DNA of 64,000 bases from Scytonematopsis contorta HA4267-MV1 (GCA_019359035.1 JAHHIC010000051.1:94146-158145), one strand, 5' to 3'. Counted from the first letter of the stretch, positions 39,500 to 50,564 are shown. Numbers and translations are program-made. Notes: generated by a model not told the origin, from the letters alone.

Positions 39500-40620
39500 C
39501 AAGGACATAATTCTATATGCCCTCGTACATAAGCTAATTTGGTAAAATGCTAAACAGCAGCATTTTCCCTCACAGTTTCCACATCTAATTCCAAAGACTC
39601 AGCAACTTGCTCAATGCTTAACCCTAACTTAAGTAGCTTGGGAATGGTTTTTAACTTGTTATCAAGCGCACCCTCCCTAAATCCTTCTTCTCGTCCCTCC
39701 TGTCGTCCCTCTTGTCGTCCTTCTTGTCGTCCTTCTTGTCGTCCTTCTTGCTTACCTTCTAAGTAAACCTTGCTTTTTTTCAGCGACTCTAATTCAAGCA
39801 TAACTTCTAGCTCCTCCATGCTTAGATTGGGAAATTTGTCCATCACCACCGTTTGAATAAATTCTAAGACTTTTTCCTGTAAAACGGCATTACTGACTTC
39901 CGATTTTGTTTGCTGTATTAACTGTCGAGCGAATTCTCCAGTTTTATTTTTCCTTTTTTTATCGACGACTAAGCGCATGATTCCCACACCAAGAGATTGA
40001 TTGGTAGTTTTTCCTAGTTCGTCTAAATAAAACCGACGTAAAGCTGGTAAGAATATCTTTAAATACGGGGGAAATCTTCCTTCGCTGCTGCGTTTGTCGT
40101 AAATGACGACAGCATACCATTCCTCGTTGGTTGGGTCATATTGGGTCAAATAAAGTATTATTTTACCAAAAAAGCTTTTGTAGAAGTTCTTATCTTTATA
40201 AGATTGCGCTTCAATGAAATAAATTGGTTTAAAGCTGTATCCGGAGCGAGTTGAAAGTAACCCATCTAGACGAAAACCTTGTTGTTTGACTTCCGGAGCG
40301 CTATATTGATAAGCACTCTTGCTGTGATGTGGTTGACCTATAAGTTCAAAGAATAATTCTGGTATGTCTTTGAAGATTTTATAAAAAAGTGGGTCGGCTG
40401 TCATTCACTTTTGCTCTTTTTTGCGGTAATGTAGTAGATTCAATTAGTAAAATATCATTATAAAAATTGATTTTTTTTGATAATATATAAATATTTACAC
40501 TAACAAGATAAACCAAAATTTAGGTAATAAATAAAACGGACAACATGGTATTTATTAGTACCTATTTAAAACTCAACCATAGTCATAACTAATAACCTAA
40601 CCCCTAACTGATATCTTGTA
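39500..40620 (-). mobile_element. Rpn-family element copy 2
   Basis: In direct orientation with copy 1. The two copies bracket about 4.9 kb. Confidence 0.6.
39550..40404 (-). CDS. Rpn/YhgA-like PD-(D/E)XK putative transposase (copy 2) with a longer (QEGR)n repeat
   Basis: Paralog of the 33607-34425 gene. The N-terminus is identical and the 12-nt repeat copy number differs. Confidence 0.65.
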   Translation of the reverse strand: MTADPLFYKIFKDIPELFFELIGQPHHSKSAYQYSAPEVKQQGFRLDGLLSTRSGYSFKPIYFIEAQSYKDKNFYKSFFGKIILYLTQYDPTNEEWYAVVIYDKRSSEGRFPPYLKIFLPALRRFYLDELGKTTNQSLGVGIMRLVVDKKRKNKTGEFARQLIQQTKSEVSNAVLQEKVLEFIQTVVMDKFPNLSMEELEVMLELESLKKSKVYLEGKQEGRQEGRQEGRQEGRQEGREEGFREGALDNKLKTIPKLLKLGLSIEQVAESLELDVETVRENAAV

Positions 40621-40914
40621 CCTTCCCGCACAAATCTAGATGATATAAAAATAGGTTAGATAAAGATATATATTTTTTATTGCTATTTCTCGCTATATCA
40701 AGGGCTATGGCTTTGTTGCAAAACTTATTTTTCAATGGATTGAAAATACTAAAATTTAAGCAAAGCTGTGGTGTTAGCTACTGAGGATGTAGATTATATC
40801 AACTGGCTGTATAAAGCTAAATAAATTTAACATAATTTTAGTTACAGCATCTTTAAAAATTTGGTGATTACTGGTATTTTGACTTAAAATGCCATTCTGC
40901 GATATAACCTAAAA

Positions 40915-42042
40915 ATGAATAATAAGAAAATTCTTCTTCAAACTGTGGTAGCTTTGGGTACATCATTTTTGAGTATTGGACTAGAAGCGGCTAATGCTGT
41001 TTTACTTGTCGGGAATACCAAAGGTGACAACATAGTATTATTCGACGAACAGAATGGAAACTTTTTGGGTGAATTTATTACTCCTGGTAGTGGAGGTTTA
41101 AAAGCCCCAGATAATTTGCTATTTGGTCTTGATGGTAACTTTTATGTGTCGAGTGGGGACACAGTAGAAAATTCTGCGATTCTTCGCTACAACGGAACAA
41201 ATGGAAAATTTATTGATACTTTTGCAACTGGTGGCGGGTTGGTTCGTCCCTATGGAACAGCATTTGGTCCCGATGGCAATTTTTACGTTAGTAGTTTTCT
41301 TAGTGACCAAATCCTACGCTATGACGGTAAAACAGGAGTATTTCTAGATGTTTTCGCACAAGGCAATAGGAAAGCTGGAGGATTAAATGGTCCTAATAGT
41401 TTACTGTTTGGAGATGATGGCAGTCTTTATGTCACGACTCAGGGCAGTGTTGCAGTGAACGGGAAACCAGATTTTAGCTTTGGTTTGCCTTCTCAAGTGT
41501 TACGTTTTGATGTCCCAACAAAAACATCTACCGTATTTATAGACCAACCAACACCATCACCTGACAGTTCTGGTTTTGTTAGCCTTCTGGGATTGGGGTT
41601 TAGTCCTGGTGATGATTTATTTGTTAGTGATTTTGCTAATGATATTAGGCGTTATAATTCCAAAACAGGAGCATTGATTGATACTTTATCTACTAACTAT
41701 ACAGGCACTACTCCAAGTAGCAATTTTATTGGTGGTTTAACTTTTGATGAGAATAATTTTCTTTATACTGTCGGTTTTGACAATAGACCTAATAGCAATA
41801 ACCTTGGCGCCATCCTACGTTATGATGCTCTGAGCGGTAATCCGCTACCTACACAAAGTAATACTAATGCAATATTTGTGCCTACTAGTAGTAAACTTTT
41901 ACGTCCTATTGGTATTACTTACACAAGTAAGTCAATTACTCCTGTACCTGAACCATCTTTAATTGTTGGTTTACTCAGCTTCTTGTCTTTTTATGGAGTT
42001 TTGATAGCATTAATAAAAAGAAATAAGATGTCAAATATATAG
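40915..42042 (+). CDS. PEP-CTERM-like sorting-domain protein with propeller-type repeats
   Basis: It has a signal peptide and repeats related to those in the 18702 gene (ILRYDGKTGVFLDVF; FGPDGNFYVSS). The C-terminus VPEPSLIVGLLSFLSFYGVLIALIKRNK is PEP-CTERM-like. Confidence 0.75.
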   Translation: MNNKKILLQTVVALGTSFLSIGLEAANAVLLVGNTKGDNIVLFDEQNGNFLGEFITPGSGGLKAPDNLLFGLDGNFYVSSGDTVENSAILRYNGTNGKFIDTFATGGGLVRPYGTAFGPDGNFYVSSFLSDQILRYDGKTGVFLDVFAQGNRKAGGLNGPNSLLFGDDGSLYVTTQGSVAVNGKPDFSFGLPSQVLRFDVPTKTSTVFIDQPTPSPDSSGFVSLLGLGFSPGDDLFVSDFANDIRRYNSKTGALIDTLSTNYTGTTPSSNFIGGLTFDENNFLYTVGFDNRPNSNNLGAILRYDALSGNPLPTQSNTNAIFVPTSSKLLRPIGITYTSKSITPVPEPSLIVGLLSFLSFYGVLIALIKRNKMSNI

Positions 42043-42231
42043 TACTTTGCAAATAAGTGAGGTACACCAAAAATATCAAAATTACCAAAACAATTGATGT
42101 GGCGGCTTTGCGTGAGATAAAGTCAAAAGAGCAAGATTTTGATATAGTCGCGCAAGATTCGGGGCTGATTTCCGAGGGTCGATTCTCTAAATTAGATTTA
42201 ACAAACAAACGAGAACAACGGAGAATCAACC

Positions 42232-43299
42232 ATGAAAGCGATTTCTACAACCCTGAAAGCTTACACCCTCTCACTCATTTTATTTGCTGGTAGCGCTTGT
42301 GCTCAAGGTCAAGCTTTGTCACAAAGCAGTGCAACACAGCCTCAAGCACAAGAAGTCACTAATACTATTATTGCAGCGAATATTGCTACTAACGCCTACA
42401 AACCAGGTATAAATAGAGTAACATTCCAAAGCAAGGGCGAAAAAATGGTTGGTAACTTGTATCTACCTGCAAACTACAAGGCTGGGGATAAATTACCCGT
42501 GGTAATCGTCACAGGTGCTTGGATGACAATCAAAGAGCAAATGCCAGCTACCTATGCCCAAAAACTTTCCGAGCAAGGATTTGCTGCATTCACATTCGAT
42601 TTTCGCACCTTTGGGGAAAGCGGGGGTAAGGTGCGCGGCTTTGAATCTGCCACAGAAAAAATAGCAGATATCAAAAATGCAGTCAGTTTCCTACAAACAG
42701 TTAATGCAGTTGACGGAAATAAAATAGCAGGATTAGGAATTTGTGCGAGCGCTGGTTACATGACAACAGTTGCAGCTGAAGATTCTCGCATAAAATCATT
42801 AATAACCGTCGCACCTTGGATTCACGACTCAGCAATTGTTAATACTGTTTATGGTGGCGAAAAAGCAGTGCAAGATAAAATTAAACTGGGAGAAAATGCA
42901 AGAAAGAAATTTGAACAAACAGGTAAAGCCGAAGTTGTCCCCGCAGCAAGTAAAACAAATCCCAAAGCGCCAATGTACGGCGAAATTCCATATTATCTTG
43001 ACACTCAACGCGGTGCAATTCCTCAATGGTCTAATGAATTTGCAGTGATGTCATGGTCGGAATGGTTAACTTTTAACCCTATGACTCAGGCAAAAAATAT
43101 CAAAGTTACCACATTATTTATTCACAGCAAAAAGGCAGCTATTCCCGAAGGATCTAGCCAATTTTTCAGCGCTATACCCACAAAAAATAAGAATTTTGTT
43201 TGGTTGGAAAATGCTACTCAATTTGATTTTTATGACCAAGAAGCAATAGTTAATCGAGCAGTATCGGAAACTGTAAAACATTTGCAAAATTCACTGTAG
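42232..43299 (+). CDS. secreted alpha/beta-hydrolase (dienelactone-hydrolase / CocE-NonD-like)
   Basis: A GGAGA RBS precedes the ATG. A signal peptide is present. A nucleophile-elbow-like GICASAGYM (G-x-S-x-G variant) follows the PVVIVTGAW strand. Confidence 0.65.
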   Translation: MKAISTTLKAYTLSLILFAGSACAQGQALSQSSATQPQAQEVTNTIIAANIATNAYKPGINRVTFQSKGEKMVGNLYLPANYKAGDKLPVVIVTGAWMTIKEQMPATYAQKLSEQGFAAFTFDFRTFGESGGKVRGFESATEKIADIKNAVSFLQTVNAVDGNKIAGLGICASAGYMTTVAAEDSRIKSLITVAPWIHDSAIVNTVYGGEKAVQDKIKLGENARKKFEQTGKAEVVPAASKTNPKAPMYGEIPYYLDTQRGAIPQWSNEFAVMSWSEWLTFNPMTQAKNIKVTTLFIHSKKAAIPEGSSQFFSAIPTKNKNFVWLENATQFDFYDQEAIVNRAVSETVKHLQNSL

Positions 43300-43378
43300 C
43301 TTTTTCAAAAAATAATTGTGTCTGTACTCTTTGCCCCTCTGTGTGAAATAAATATCCACTCTTATCAAGGTAAAAACA

Positions 43379-43939
43379 ATGCAACTACAACGAATTATAA
43401 TTGGTGCAAGCTTAATTTGGGGTTTATCAAGCATCCTTCCCAAAAGCCAGCCTACAATTGCAACCCCAACAAGCCCAACAAATCCAACGAAAATTTCTCA
43501 AGCAAATACTAATACTCAAAGCATCCGCAAAAAAAATGAGCAAACTATCCGTACATATTTTCAATTACTATCTCAAAAACGTATGGATGAGTGGCTAAAA
43601 TTATGGCATGAAAATGGGGTTCAAGATATGCCTTATTCTCCCAAAGGTTTTCCCAAGCGTGTTGAAGGGAAAACCGCAGTAGCTAAACATTATTCAGCAT
43701 TACCTACCAGCGTAGGACGTATGGAATTTCCCGATTTACAAATATATTCTACTAAAGACCCCAATACTTTCTGGGTAGAATTTAGAGGCGAAATAGAAGT
43801 ATTAGCGACGAAAAAACCCTATAATAACACTTACGCTGGACTGTTTAGGTTTCAAGATGGCAAAGTAATTTTATTCCGCGAATATTACGACCCAATTGTT
43901 TTTACAGAAGCTTTTGGTAGTCCAAATGGATTTAATTAA
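43379..43939 (+). CDS. SnoaL/NTF2-like fold protein (secreted)
   Basis: An N-terminal signal peptide is present. EQTIRTYFQLLSQKRMDEWLKLWHENGV matches the polyketide-cyclase SnoaL-like N-terminal pattern. Confidence 0.55.
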   Translation: MQLQRIIIGASLIWGLSSILPKSQPTIATPTSPTNPTKISQANTNTQSIRKKNEQTIRTYFQLLSQKRMDEWLKLWHENGVQDMPYSPKGFPKRVEGKTAVAKHYSALPTSVGRMEFPDLQIYSTKDPNTFWVEFRGEIEVLATKKPYNNTYAGLFRFQDGKVILFREYYDPIVFTEAFGSPNGFN

Positions 43940-43974
43940 CTGTAAAATCACGAACCATATTAAATAATACAACT

Positions 43975-44547
43975 ATGAATATCCAACGTCGCAATTTATT
44001 TCTCGCTTTAGGTGCTGGTTTTGCTGGGTTTATCTCAAGCACTGCAATAGCTATAGCCCGTACTAAATCGTCTCGTCAAAATAATAATCAAGTGTCTAGT
44101 AATACTACAAATACGCAGAGAGTTGCAGACCGGGCTGAAATTATTGATGCTGTAAACATTATTGGTATGGGTGCTGATTTACGAGACTGGAAAGCTAGTC
44201 GTGCAGCTTTTGCAGATAAAGTTTTAACAGATTATACCTCCCTTACGGGTGGTAGTCCCAGTACAGTGGAAGCTGATAAATTAATAGCTGGGTGGACAGA
44301 TTTTTTCAGCAAAACTTTTAAAGCCACACAGCATATGATTACAAATCATGCAGTGGAGATTAAAGGTGATAAAGCAACCTGCACCTCTTTGTTTCAAGCA
44401 CATCATGTTTATCTTGATAACACTAAAGGTAAAACTTGGACGCTTGGAGGATATTACAATCACGGACTAACTCGAATCAACGGACGTTGGAAAGTGACCG
44501 AAATGAAGATGACTTGGACTTGGGAAGATGGTACTCGTCCTGGCTAG
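43975..44547 (+). CDS. NTF2-like / SnoaL-like protein with a Tat signal
   Basis: A twin-arginine motif lies in QRRNLFLALGAGFAG. The C-terminal motif GRWKVTEMKMTWTWE is typical of NTF2-like folds. Confidence 0.55.
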   Translation: MNIQRRNLFLALGAGFAGFISSTAIAIARTKSSRQNNNQVSSNTTNTQRVADRAEIIDAVNIIGMGADLRDWKASRAAFADKVLTDYTSLTGGSPSTVEADKLIAGWTDFFSKTFKATQHMITNHAVEIKGDKATCTSLFQAHHVYLDNTKGKTWTLGGYYNHGLTRINGRWKVTEMKMTWTWEDGTRPG

Positions 44548-44685
44548 TAAGTAGGTAGGCAGGAATAAAGTCCGCTATGTAAACAAATGTAAAATTGACG
44601 AGTGGTGCTCACAATAAGCCTTGGCGCTGAAGCGCAACTACAAACCTAAAGTAATTTTTTTCCACCGACTTACTTAAGATTTGGG

Positions 44686-44748
44686 ATTTTATTTTGGTTT
44701 TGGTTTTGATTTTGGTTTTGATTTTAGTTTTGATTTTTCACCATAGAA
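44686..44748. repeat. STRR-like heptamer tandem repeat (TTTTGRT)n, about 8 copies
   Basis: gattttattttggttttggttttgattttggttttgattttagttttgatttt. Confidence 0.9.
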
Positions 44749-45151
44749 AATTACATTGTTACTCTTTATCTGTGTAATATATATAACTGTTGTGATATAG
44801 CTGCTAAACGGTGGAATCGCCGGAATTAGATGCAATTCACTATCAATTTATTGTTTAGAAACTTCCACAATATAATTTATCCAATAGGGTTTTCAGTCCC
44901 TATTTCCGTTCTAGCCCTTATCTCGGCTCAACCTCTACACCAAGGTTTTCTGTTCCGATGCTACTAGAGAGCCAACTTGCGTAAATAGAAAATCACCCTA
45001 ACGGGTAATAGGATCTTATTTTTTATAAAAGTAAATTTCTAATTAATTTAGACAATTAATACAAATCTTTTATATTGAGAACGGCTCAATACCCTCTTGA
45101 TTTCGTCTGCTGCTATTGACTGAATAAAAGTAACCTAAAAGGAAAAGCACA

Positions 45152-46900
45152 ATGCAACTTACGACACAGGAGACGGACATTGCTATGAAGCTTCAAGACT
45201 TTGACATTGATATGGAGAAGCTCTTGAAAGACTGGAACGCACCAGGCTTCGGTGTAGGAATTGTCGAAAAGGATAAACTCATCTTTGCCCGAGGTTATGG
45301 CTATCGGGACTATGAGGAGAAGCTGCCTTTTACCTCTAAAACGCTTTTCCCAATCGCCTCTAATACTAAGCTCTTTACCGCTATAGCTGCGGGAATGCTG
45401 GTGGAATCCGGGAAACTAACGTGGGATAAACCAATCCGTGATGCGGTTCCGACAATCCGCTTCTACAACAATGACTTAAATAACACCGTAACCTTGCGGG
45501 ATATGCTGACTCACCGCACGGGCATAACTCGTCACGACAGTATCTGGTATAAACAGGACTCTCTTACTCGCAAAGATATCTTTGATAGGCTTCAGTACAT
45601 GAAACCAGAGGTATCGCTGCGAGAAGCTTATATCTATAACAACAATATGTATGCTGTTGTTGGGTACATTATTGAGTTGCTGTCAGGAAAAACCTGGGAA
45701 GAGTTTGTCCGCGAGAGGATTTTCAAACCTCTGTCCATGCACAATACTATTTATAGCACTGCCGAGATGTTGAAGCAGTCTGACTACGGCGTACCATTTA
45801 CCGAAAAACGAGAAAGCAACGAGATTTACAAGATTCCATACTATAAGGAACTAAGTGCCATAGCTCCCGCTGGGGCGATCATCTCCAACATCGAAGAAAT
45901 TTCCCACTGGCTCGTGGCATTGATGAACGATGGCAATTATATCGGTAAGCAGGTTCTTCCACCGAACATACTCAAGGCAACCATAGAACCGGGGATGGCA
46001 CTGCCAAACGTGTTAGGCGAAACACGGGGCTGGTGGGAATTGCTTAACCCTGTTTATGGAATGGGTCGCGAGACGGCATCTTATCGAGGACATCTGTTAA
46101 CATATCACGGGGGAGATATTGACGGATTTCATTCCCAGATGTCTTTTCTGACTCAAAATAAACTTGGTGTGATTGTCTTCACAATTGGCGATCATTGTAG
46201 TTTATTAGCAAATACAATCACTTACAATATCTACGAACGCCTCTTGGGTCTGACTCAAACACCTTGGAGCGATCACTGGCTTAATCTAATACTTAAGTCC
46301 AAACAAGCAGGTAAGGAGGCGCGGTCAAAAGCAGGCACAGATAGGGTTTCTAATACCACTTCCTCACATTCCCTAACTGATTACGTGGGTGAATATACGC
46401 ACCCAATTTACGGCACTCTTAAGATTGAAATGAAGAATGACAATCTTCTATTCAACTTCGGAAGGATTCAGCTGCCCCTGACTCACTTTCACTATGACCG
46501 TTTCGATACACCCGATTCGGAGCTTGACGGCAAGTGGTCGGTGAACTTCCTTACCAATCCCCAAGGCGAAGTGAACAAAGTAGTAATGTCAATCGACGAA
46601 GCAGAAGCAACGTTCACCCGTCAGGCGGCAATTCTAGACCCGCAACTTTTAACACAGCTTGCAGGAACATACAAAACACCAACAGAATGGAAGTTACAGG
46701 TCGTTCTAAAAGAAGATAATTTTCTCTATCTAGTATCCCCAGGAGAGCCGGAATCAAAGCTGATTCCCTATAAAAACCTTACGTTCCAAACCCAAAGGTT
46801 CTCTGACCATAGGTTTGAGTTTGTTATGGAGAACGGTCGAGTAAAGGCTCTAAACCGGAGCGAACCGTCGGGTTCATACGTATTTATACGAATGATTTAA
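45152..46900 (+). CDS. serine hydrolase of the beta-lactamase / penicillin-binding-protein family with a C-terminal beta-sandwich domain
   Basis: An RBS is present. The S-x-x-K motif appears as PIASNTKLFTA. The YxN-like element is YIYNNNMYAVVGY. Confidence 0.85.
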   Translation: MQLTTQETDIAMKLQDFDIDMEKLLKDWNAPGFGVGIVEKDKLIFARGYGYRDYEEKLPFTSKTLFPIASNTKLFTAIAAGMLVESGKLTWDKPIRDAVPTIRFYNNDLNNTVTLRDMLTHRTGITRHDSIWYKQDSLTRKDIFDRLQYMKPEVSLREAYIYNNNMYAVVGYIIELLSGKTWEEFVRERIFKPLSMHNTIYSTAEMLKQSDYGVPFTEKRESNEIYKIPYYKELSAIAPAGAIISNIEEISHWLVALMNDGNYIGKQVLPPNILKATIEPGMALPNVLGETRGWWELLNPVYGMGRETASYRGHLLTYHGGDIDGFHSQMSFLTQNKLGVIVFTIGDHCSLLANTITYNIYERLLGLTQTPWSDHWLNLILKSKQAGKEARSKAGTDRVSNTTSSHSLTDYVGEYTHPIYGTLKIEMKNDNLLFNFGRIQLPLTHFHYDRFDTPDSELDGKWSVNFLTNPQGEVNKVVMSIDEAEATFTRQAAILDPQLLTQLAGTYKTPTEWKLQVVLKEDNFLYLVSPGEPESKLIPYKNLTFQTQRFSDHRFEFVMENGRVKALNRSEPSGSYVFIRMI

Positions 46901-46998
46901 ACAACTTATTTAAATTAGTAAGTCTTGTTTAGCAATATTTTTTGGAGTTTTTTAATAATAGACATCTCCATAAATTAATTATGCGTTACCTGAAACCC

Positions 46999-47022
46999 AG
47001 AGACGCGATTAATCGCGTCTCT
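46999..47022 (+). terminator. Hairpin-family element AGAGACGCGATTAATCGCGTCTCT downstream of the serine hydrolase gene
   Basis: Same palindrome family as the 19744 element. Confidence 0.5.
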
Positions 47023-47159
47023 ACCTTCTCTTCCGGAGAATTTTTAATTAGTTGTATATACGTACGCTGCAAGATATCAGGTATGAATACTTTAACATGT
47101 TGACAAACGCACCCTACTTACCCGAAGATACTAAAACTAAAGCTGAAACGAGTATTAAT

Positions 47160-47480
47160 CGGAAATATAGGGATAATCATTATCTAAAAACTATCAATAC
47201 GCTGCTATATATGAATTGTTGATTTAAATCAATTGACAATAAGCAAAAAATATAGCCCTGAAATGCCTGTAAAAGATGAAAGACAATAATGATTATCTCT
47301 ATATTCGTAGCAAACCCTGATGAAAACTTGAATTTCACGAAGAAAAAGCAGTTAACTCAATACCCAAGACCACGACCGTCATAATTGCTCTGATATTATC
47401 TTCCTCAATTCAACGCACAACCATCAACCCAACATCTATCGAGTGCGATCGCTCATCGCAAACCTAAATATTTTGTCAAT
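47160..47480. repeat. ~320-bp dispersed repeat, copy A (contains a HIP1 GCGATCGC site)
   Basis: About 85-90% identical to 50565-50890. The first ~150 bp also match 51050-51200. Confidence 0.85.
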
Positions 47481-48076
47481 AAAGGCTTGTATCTTGCTCG
47501 CTCTTTGCCATAACAGGTTTAGGGCAATATTGCGACTGTTGCTTCCAGCGAGTTTAATTTGCAGTTATCAAAGCTGCTTATACGCTTATAATTTAAACTA
47601 TGCCAGGGCTAACAACTGTTGCCTGATTACCTAGGTATTCCGATAATTAATGGGTAAATTACAAGATTATAGTTAGGGATAAGTTGAGTGGAGTATCGAT
47701 AGGGAAGATGTGAGCATAGACACGCATCTGAATCCAGGAAGAAAAAGGGTAACTACTAAACCTAGAAATTCACTCTTACTCACTCTTATATTCGAGATTT
47801 TCAATCTTGTAAATGAGGTTAAAAAACAGTTATCTAGCATATATATATTGACAGCATCTGTGATGTCTTATACCTGTAATAAACATAGCAAAAAAGCTTT
47901 TCTATTGTTAAAGATATTAATTAAATAAGTTTATATAAGGATTAAAGGCTGACCAAACATCATCAAATAATTAATATTTATTAACAAACGATGTTTATGT
48001 AAATTTTCCTAAAAAAATACTGGCTCATAATTGTTTTGGTGTTTAATTATAATGTGAGTTTTCAAGAGCAACCTTT

Positions 48077-49585
48077 ATGTCAACTCTAACTTATTGTAAG
48101 GGACTACCAACTCCATTAGATGAATTAAACTCACTTGGCTTTACTAAGCTCGAAATGTTTTTGGCAGCTTATGCGACTGAGTTCCATAAAGCTGTTTGTC
48201 AGACTGTTAATCATTTGCTTTCACTTGGGGATAAAAAGTTTGATAAGTCTGGTTGGAATACTCATATCCAAAATAAATATGGTTTTTTAAAACGTCAGGC
48301 TAATGGTGTTATATCATCTGCAATTGGTAAAATAGACTCAGCAAAAGAATGTAGAGTAAATCATATAAAACAACTAGAAGGTAAACTTAAATCAGCATTA
48401 GAGTGGGTAAAAAAATCACTTAAAAAACTCTTGCTCGCCGAAAAATTTTACTTAAAACCCAACTGGATAAACTCAAAAACGGGATGTAATTATCCATTAA
48501 GTTGTTGGTTAAGTGATGCTCTAACTAATTGGCAAGCCTTGAGAAAAAATATTCATCATAAAAAAAGATATATTGCTAAACTTCAAAAACAAATTGCCCA
48601 TTTAAAAAAAGCCCCACTAAGAGTAAAAGTGCCTAAAAGTGATATATTTCTTGTTGGGTCAAAGGATGAAACCTGTGGGAACCAAGTATGCCAATGGGAT
48701 GGTGACTTAATTACTATTAGAGTACCCAAATGCTTAGAGTCTAATTTTGGAACCCATGTTCAATCAAAAATTGGTAATTTTGAGAGAAAAAATTCTCGCT
48801 TACCTACATCCGGAGCAAAAACATGGCACTTTTATCGTAAAGATGGTAAGTGGACTGTTGCAGTACAATTCACTCCGATAAAAGTCAAAAAGCGTACTCT
48901 TGATATTAAGTGGGGAGCGATTGGAATTGATATTAATCCAAGTTCAATTGGCTGGGCTTATATTGATTACCAAGGAAATTTAAAACTACAGGGTCAAATA
49001 CCATTGCAGCAAGGATTACCAAAAGGTAAACAACAGGCTCAACTGGTTAATGCCTGTTTAAAACTAGCAATTTTAGCTGATACGTTTGCTTGTCCAATTG
49101 TTGCTGAGAATATAGATTTTACAATCAAAAAACAACAACTAAGAGAAAAAGGTAATCAATATGCTCGTATGCTTTCCGGTTGGGCATACTCTAGATTTTT
49201 TGAATTATTAGCTAGTATTTTATCCAATCGTGGGTTGAGATTAGTTCATGTAAATCCAGCATATTCAAGTTTACTTGGATGCGTCAAATACATGAAAATG
49301 TATGGTTTGCCATCTGATGTTGCTGCAGCTATTGTAATAGCTCGTAGAGGCATGAAATTGAGTGAAAGAATGCCCCGCTCTGTGTCCGCCTATTTAGGGG
49401 TGAACCCTAGAAAGCACGTATGGAGCGGGTTGTCAAAATTTAATAATACTGTAGTACGAACTGGCAACGTAGTTAAGTCACGGCACGACTACTTTGTTAT
49501 CCCTAACTGGGGAGTGGTGGTTAAGGATGTCGTCGAGCGAGTAACTGTAAAAGGTAAAAGTCGGGCAGTTTCCAAGCAAGCTTAA
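48077..49585 (+). CDS. tnpB: TnpB-like RuvC-fold protein (IS200/IS605 OrfB-related) apparently lacking the zinc-finger
   Basis: RuvC-I-like WGAIGIDINPSSIG, RuvC-II-like CPIVAENIDFT, and RuvC-III-like VNPAYSS...SDVAAAIVIARRG are present. No CxxC...CxxC motif lies between RuvC-II and RuvC-III. The N-terminal ~250 aa is unassigned. Confidence 0.55.
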   Translation: MSTLTYCKGLPTPLDELNSLGFTKLEMFLAAYATEFHKAVCQTVNHLLSLGDKKFDKSGWNTHIQNKYGFLKRQANGVISSAIGKIDSAKECRVNHIKQLEGKLKSALEWVKKSLKKLLLAEKFYLKPNWINSKTGCNYPLSCWLSDALTNWQALRKNIHHKKRYIAKLQKQIAHLKKAPLRVKVPKSDIFLVGSKDETCGNQVCQWDGDLITIRVPKCLESNFGTHVQSKIGNFERKNSRLPTSGAKTWHFYRKDGKWTVAVQFTPIKVKKRTLDIKWGAIGIDINPSSIGWAYIDYQGNLKLQGQIPLQQGLPKGKQQAQLVNACLKLAILADTFACPIVAENIDFTIKKQQLREKGNQYARMLSGWAYSRFFELLASILSNRGLRLVHVNPAYSSLLGCVKYMKMYGLPSDVAAAIVIARRGMKLSERMPRSVSAYLGVNPRKHVWSGLSKFNNTVVRTGNVVKSRHDYFVIPNWGVVVKDVVERVTVKGKSRAVSKQA

Positions 49586-49882
49586 AGCAAGTAGCGCTTC
49601 CGCTTATTCGTACTAAGTTAAACCGTGGACTTGGATTGAGGAACTAGATTTTCCTACATTTTTAGAAGCGGTTGATATCAAGGAGTTGAACTTGCTAGCT
49701 CCAACTTTATATAATTTTGCACTACGACGTGTTGAACAAAAAAGTAAGTACAAAGGCGAGATATTCCCGGCTAACTATCCAGCAAATGATTCTGCTACAC
49801 CATATATAGATTTTTTCCAATTTGATACAAGAAGAAATGTCCGTAAGGGCATTATTGCTATAGATTTAACTAGGTGGGTACC

Positions 49883-50410
49883 ATGATGATAAGAAACGAG
49901 CAACAATATAATACTACTAAAGAGTGGTTACAAAAGTTTGAGCAGTCAGTAGCAGGAATTGAGAATGATGAGAGCTTGAAAGCAGACCAAGTACGTTGGA
50001 AGCTATATAGGGATGCGTACCAAAGTCAGGTAGATGAATTCTTAGAAGAAATTGCCGAGTATGAAAGATTAATTAATTGTGATAAAAACCAACCAATTAA
50101 AATTAAAGTTGAAAATTTTAACAAACTTCCAGATGTATTGCTAAAAGCTCGCATTGCTGCTAAAATGAGCCAGAAAGAACTGGCTGATATTTTAGGCATT
50201 GAAGAACAACGAGTCATAGATTGTGAAGACAAAGATTATCAATGTGCTAGCTTTATAGAAATTCTTAATGTTAGTGAAGTATTGGGTATAGAATTTAAGG
50301 ATGCGTTTGTACAAGTAGATTTTGAAGAAATAGAAGATTTTAAAGAAGTTGCTTTTGAATCGCACCAGCTTGAGCAAGAAAAGAAAAATATCAGAGCAAA
50401 AGCTTCATAA
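49883..50410 (+). CDS. HTH (XRE/HigA-like) DNA-binding protein
   Basis: LLKARIAAKMSQKELADILGIEEQRVIDCE is an HTH_3-type motif. The ATG lies downstream of the tracked GTG. Confidence 0.6.
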   Translation: MMIRNEQQYNTTKEWLQKFEQSVAGIENDESLKADQVRWKLYRDAYQSQVDEFLEEIAEYERLINCDKNQPIKIKVENFNKLPDVLLKARIAAKMSQKELADILGIEEQRVIDCEDKDYQCASFIEILNVSEVLGIEFKDAFVQVDFEEIEDFKEVAFESHQLEQEKKNIRAKAS

Positions 50411-50564
50411 TTATCAAAATAGTATATTCAATACATCTCCGGAAAATAAAAAATACCTAAAATAAAGTCAAAAATAAAACTGAACTTACTAGTCCATTTT
50501 ACATAGACATTTGCTAAATACTCTATTTACCCCCCGCGATACTAGAATTCAGGTTTGGACAGAA

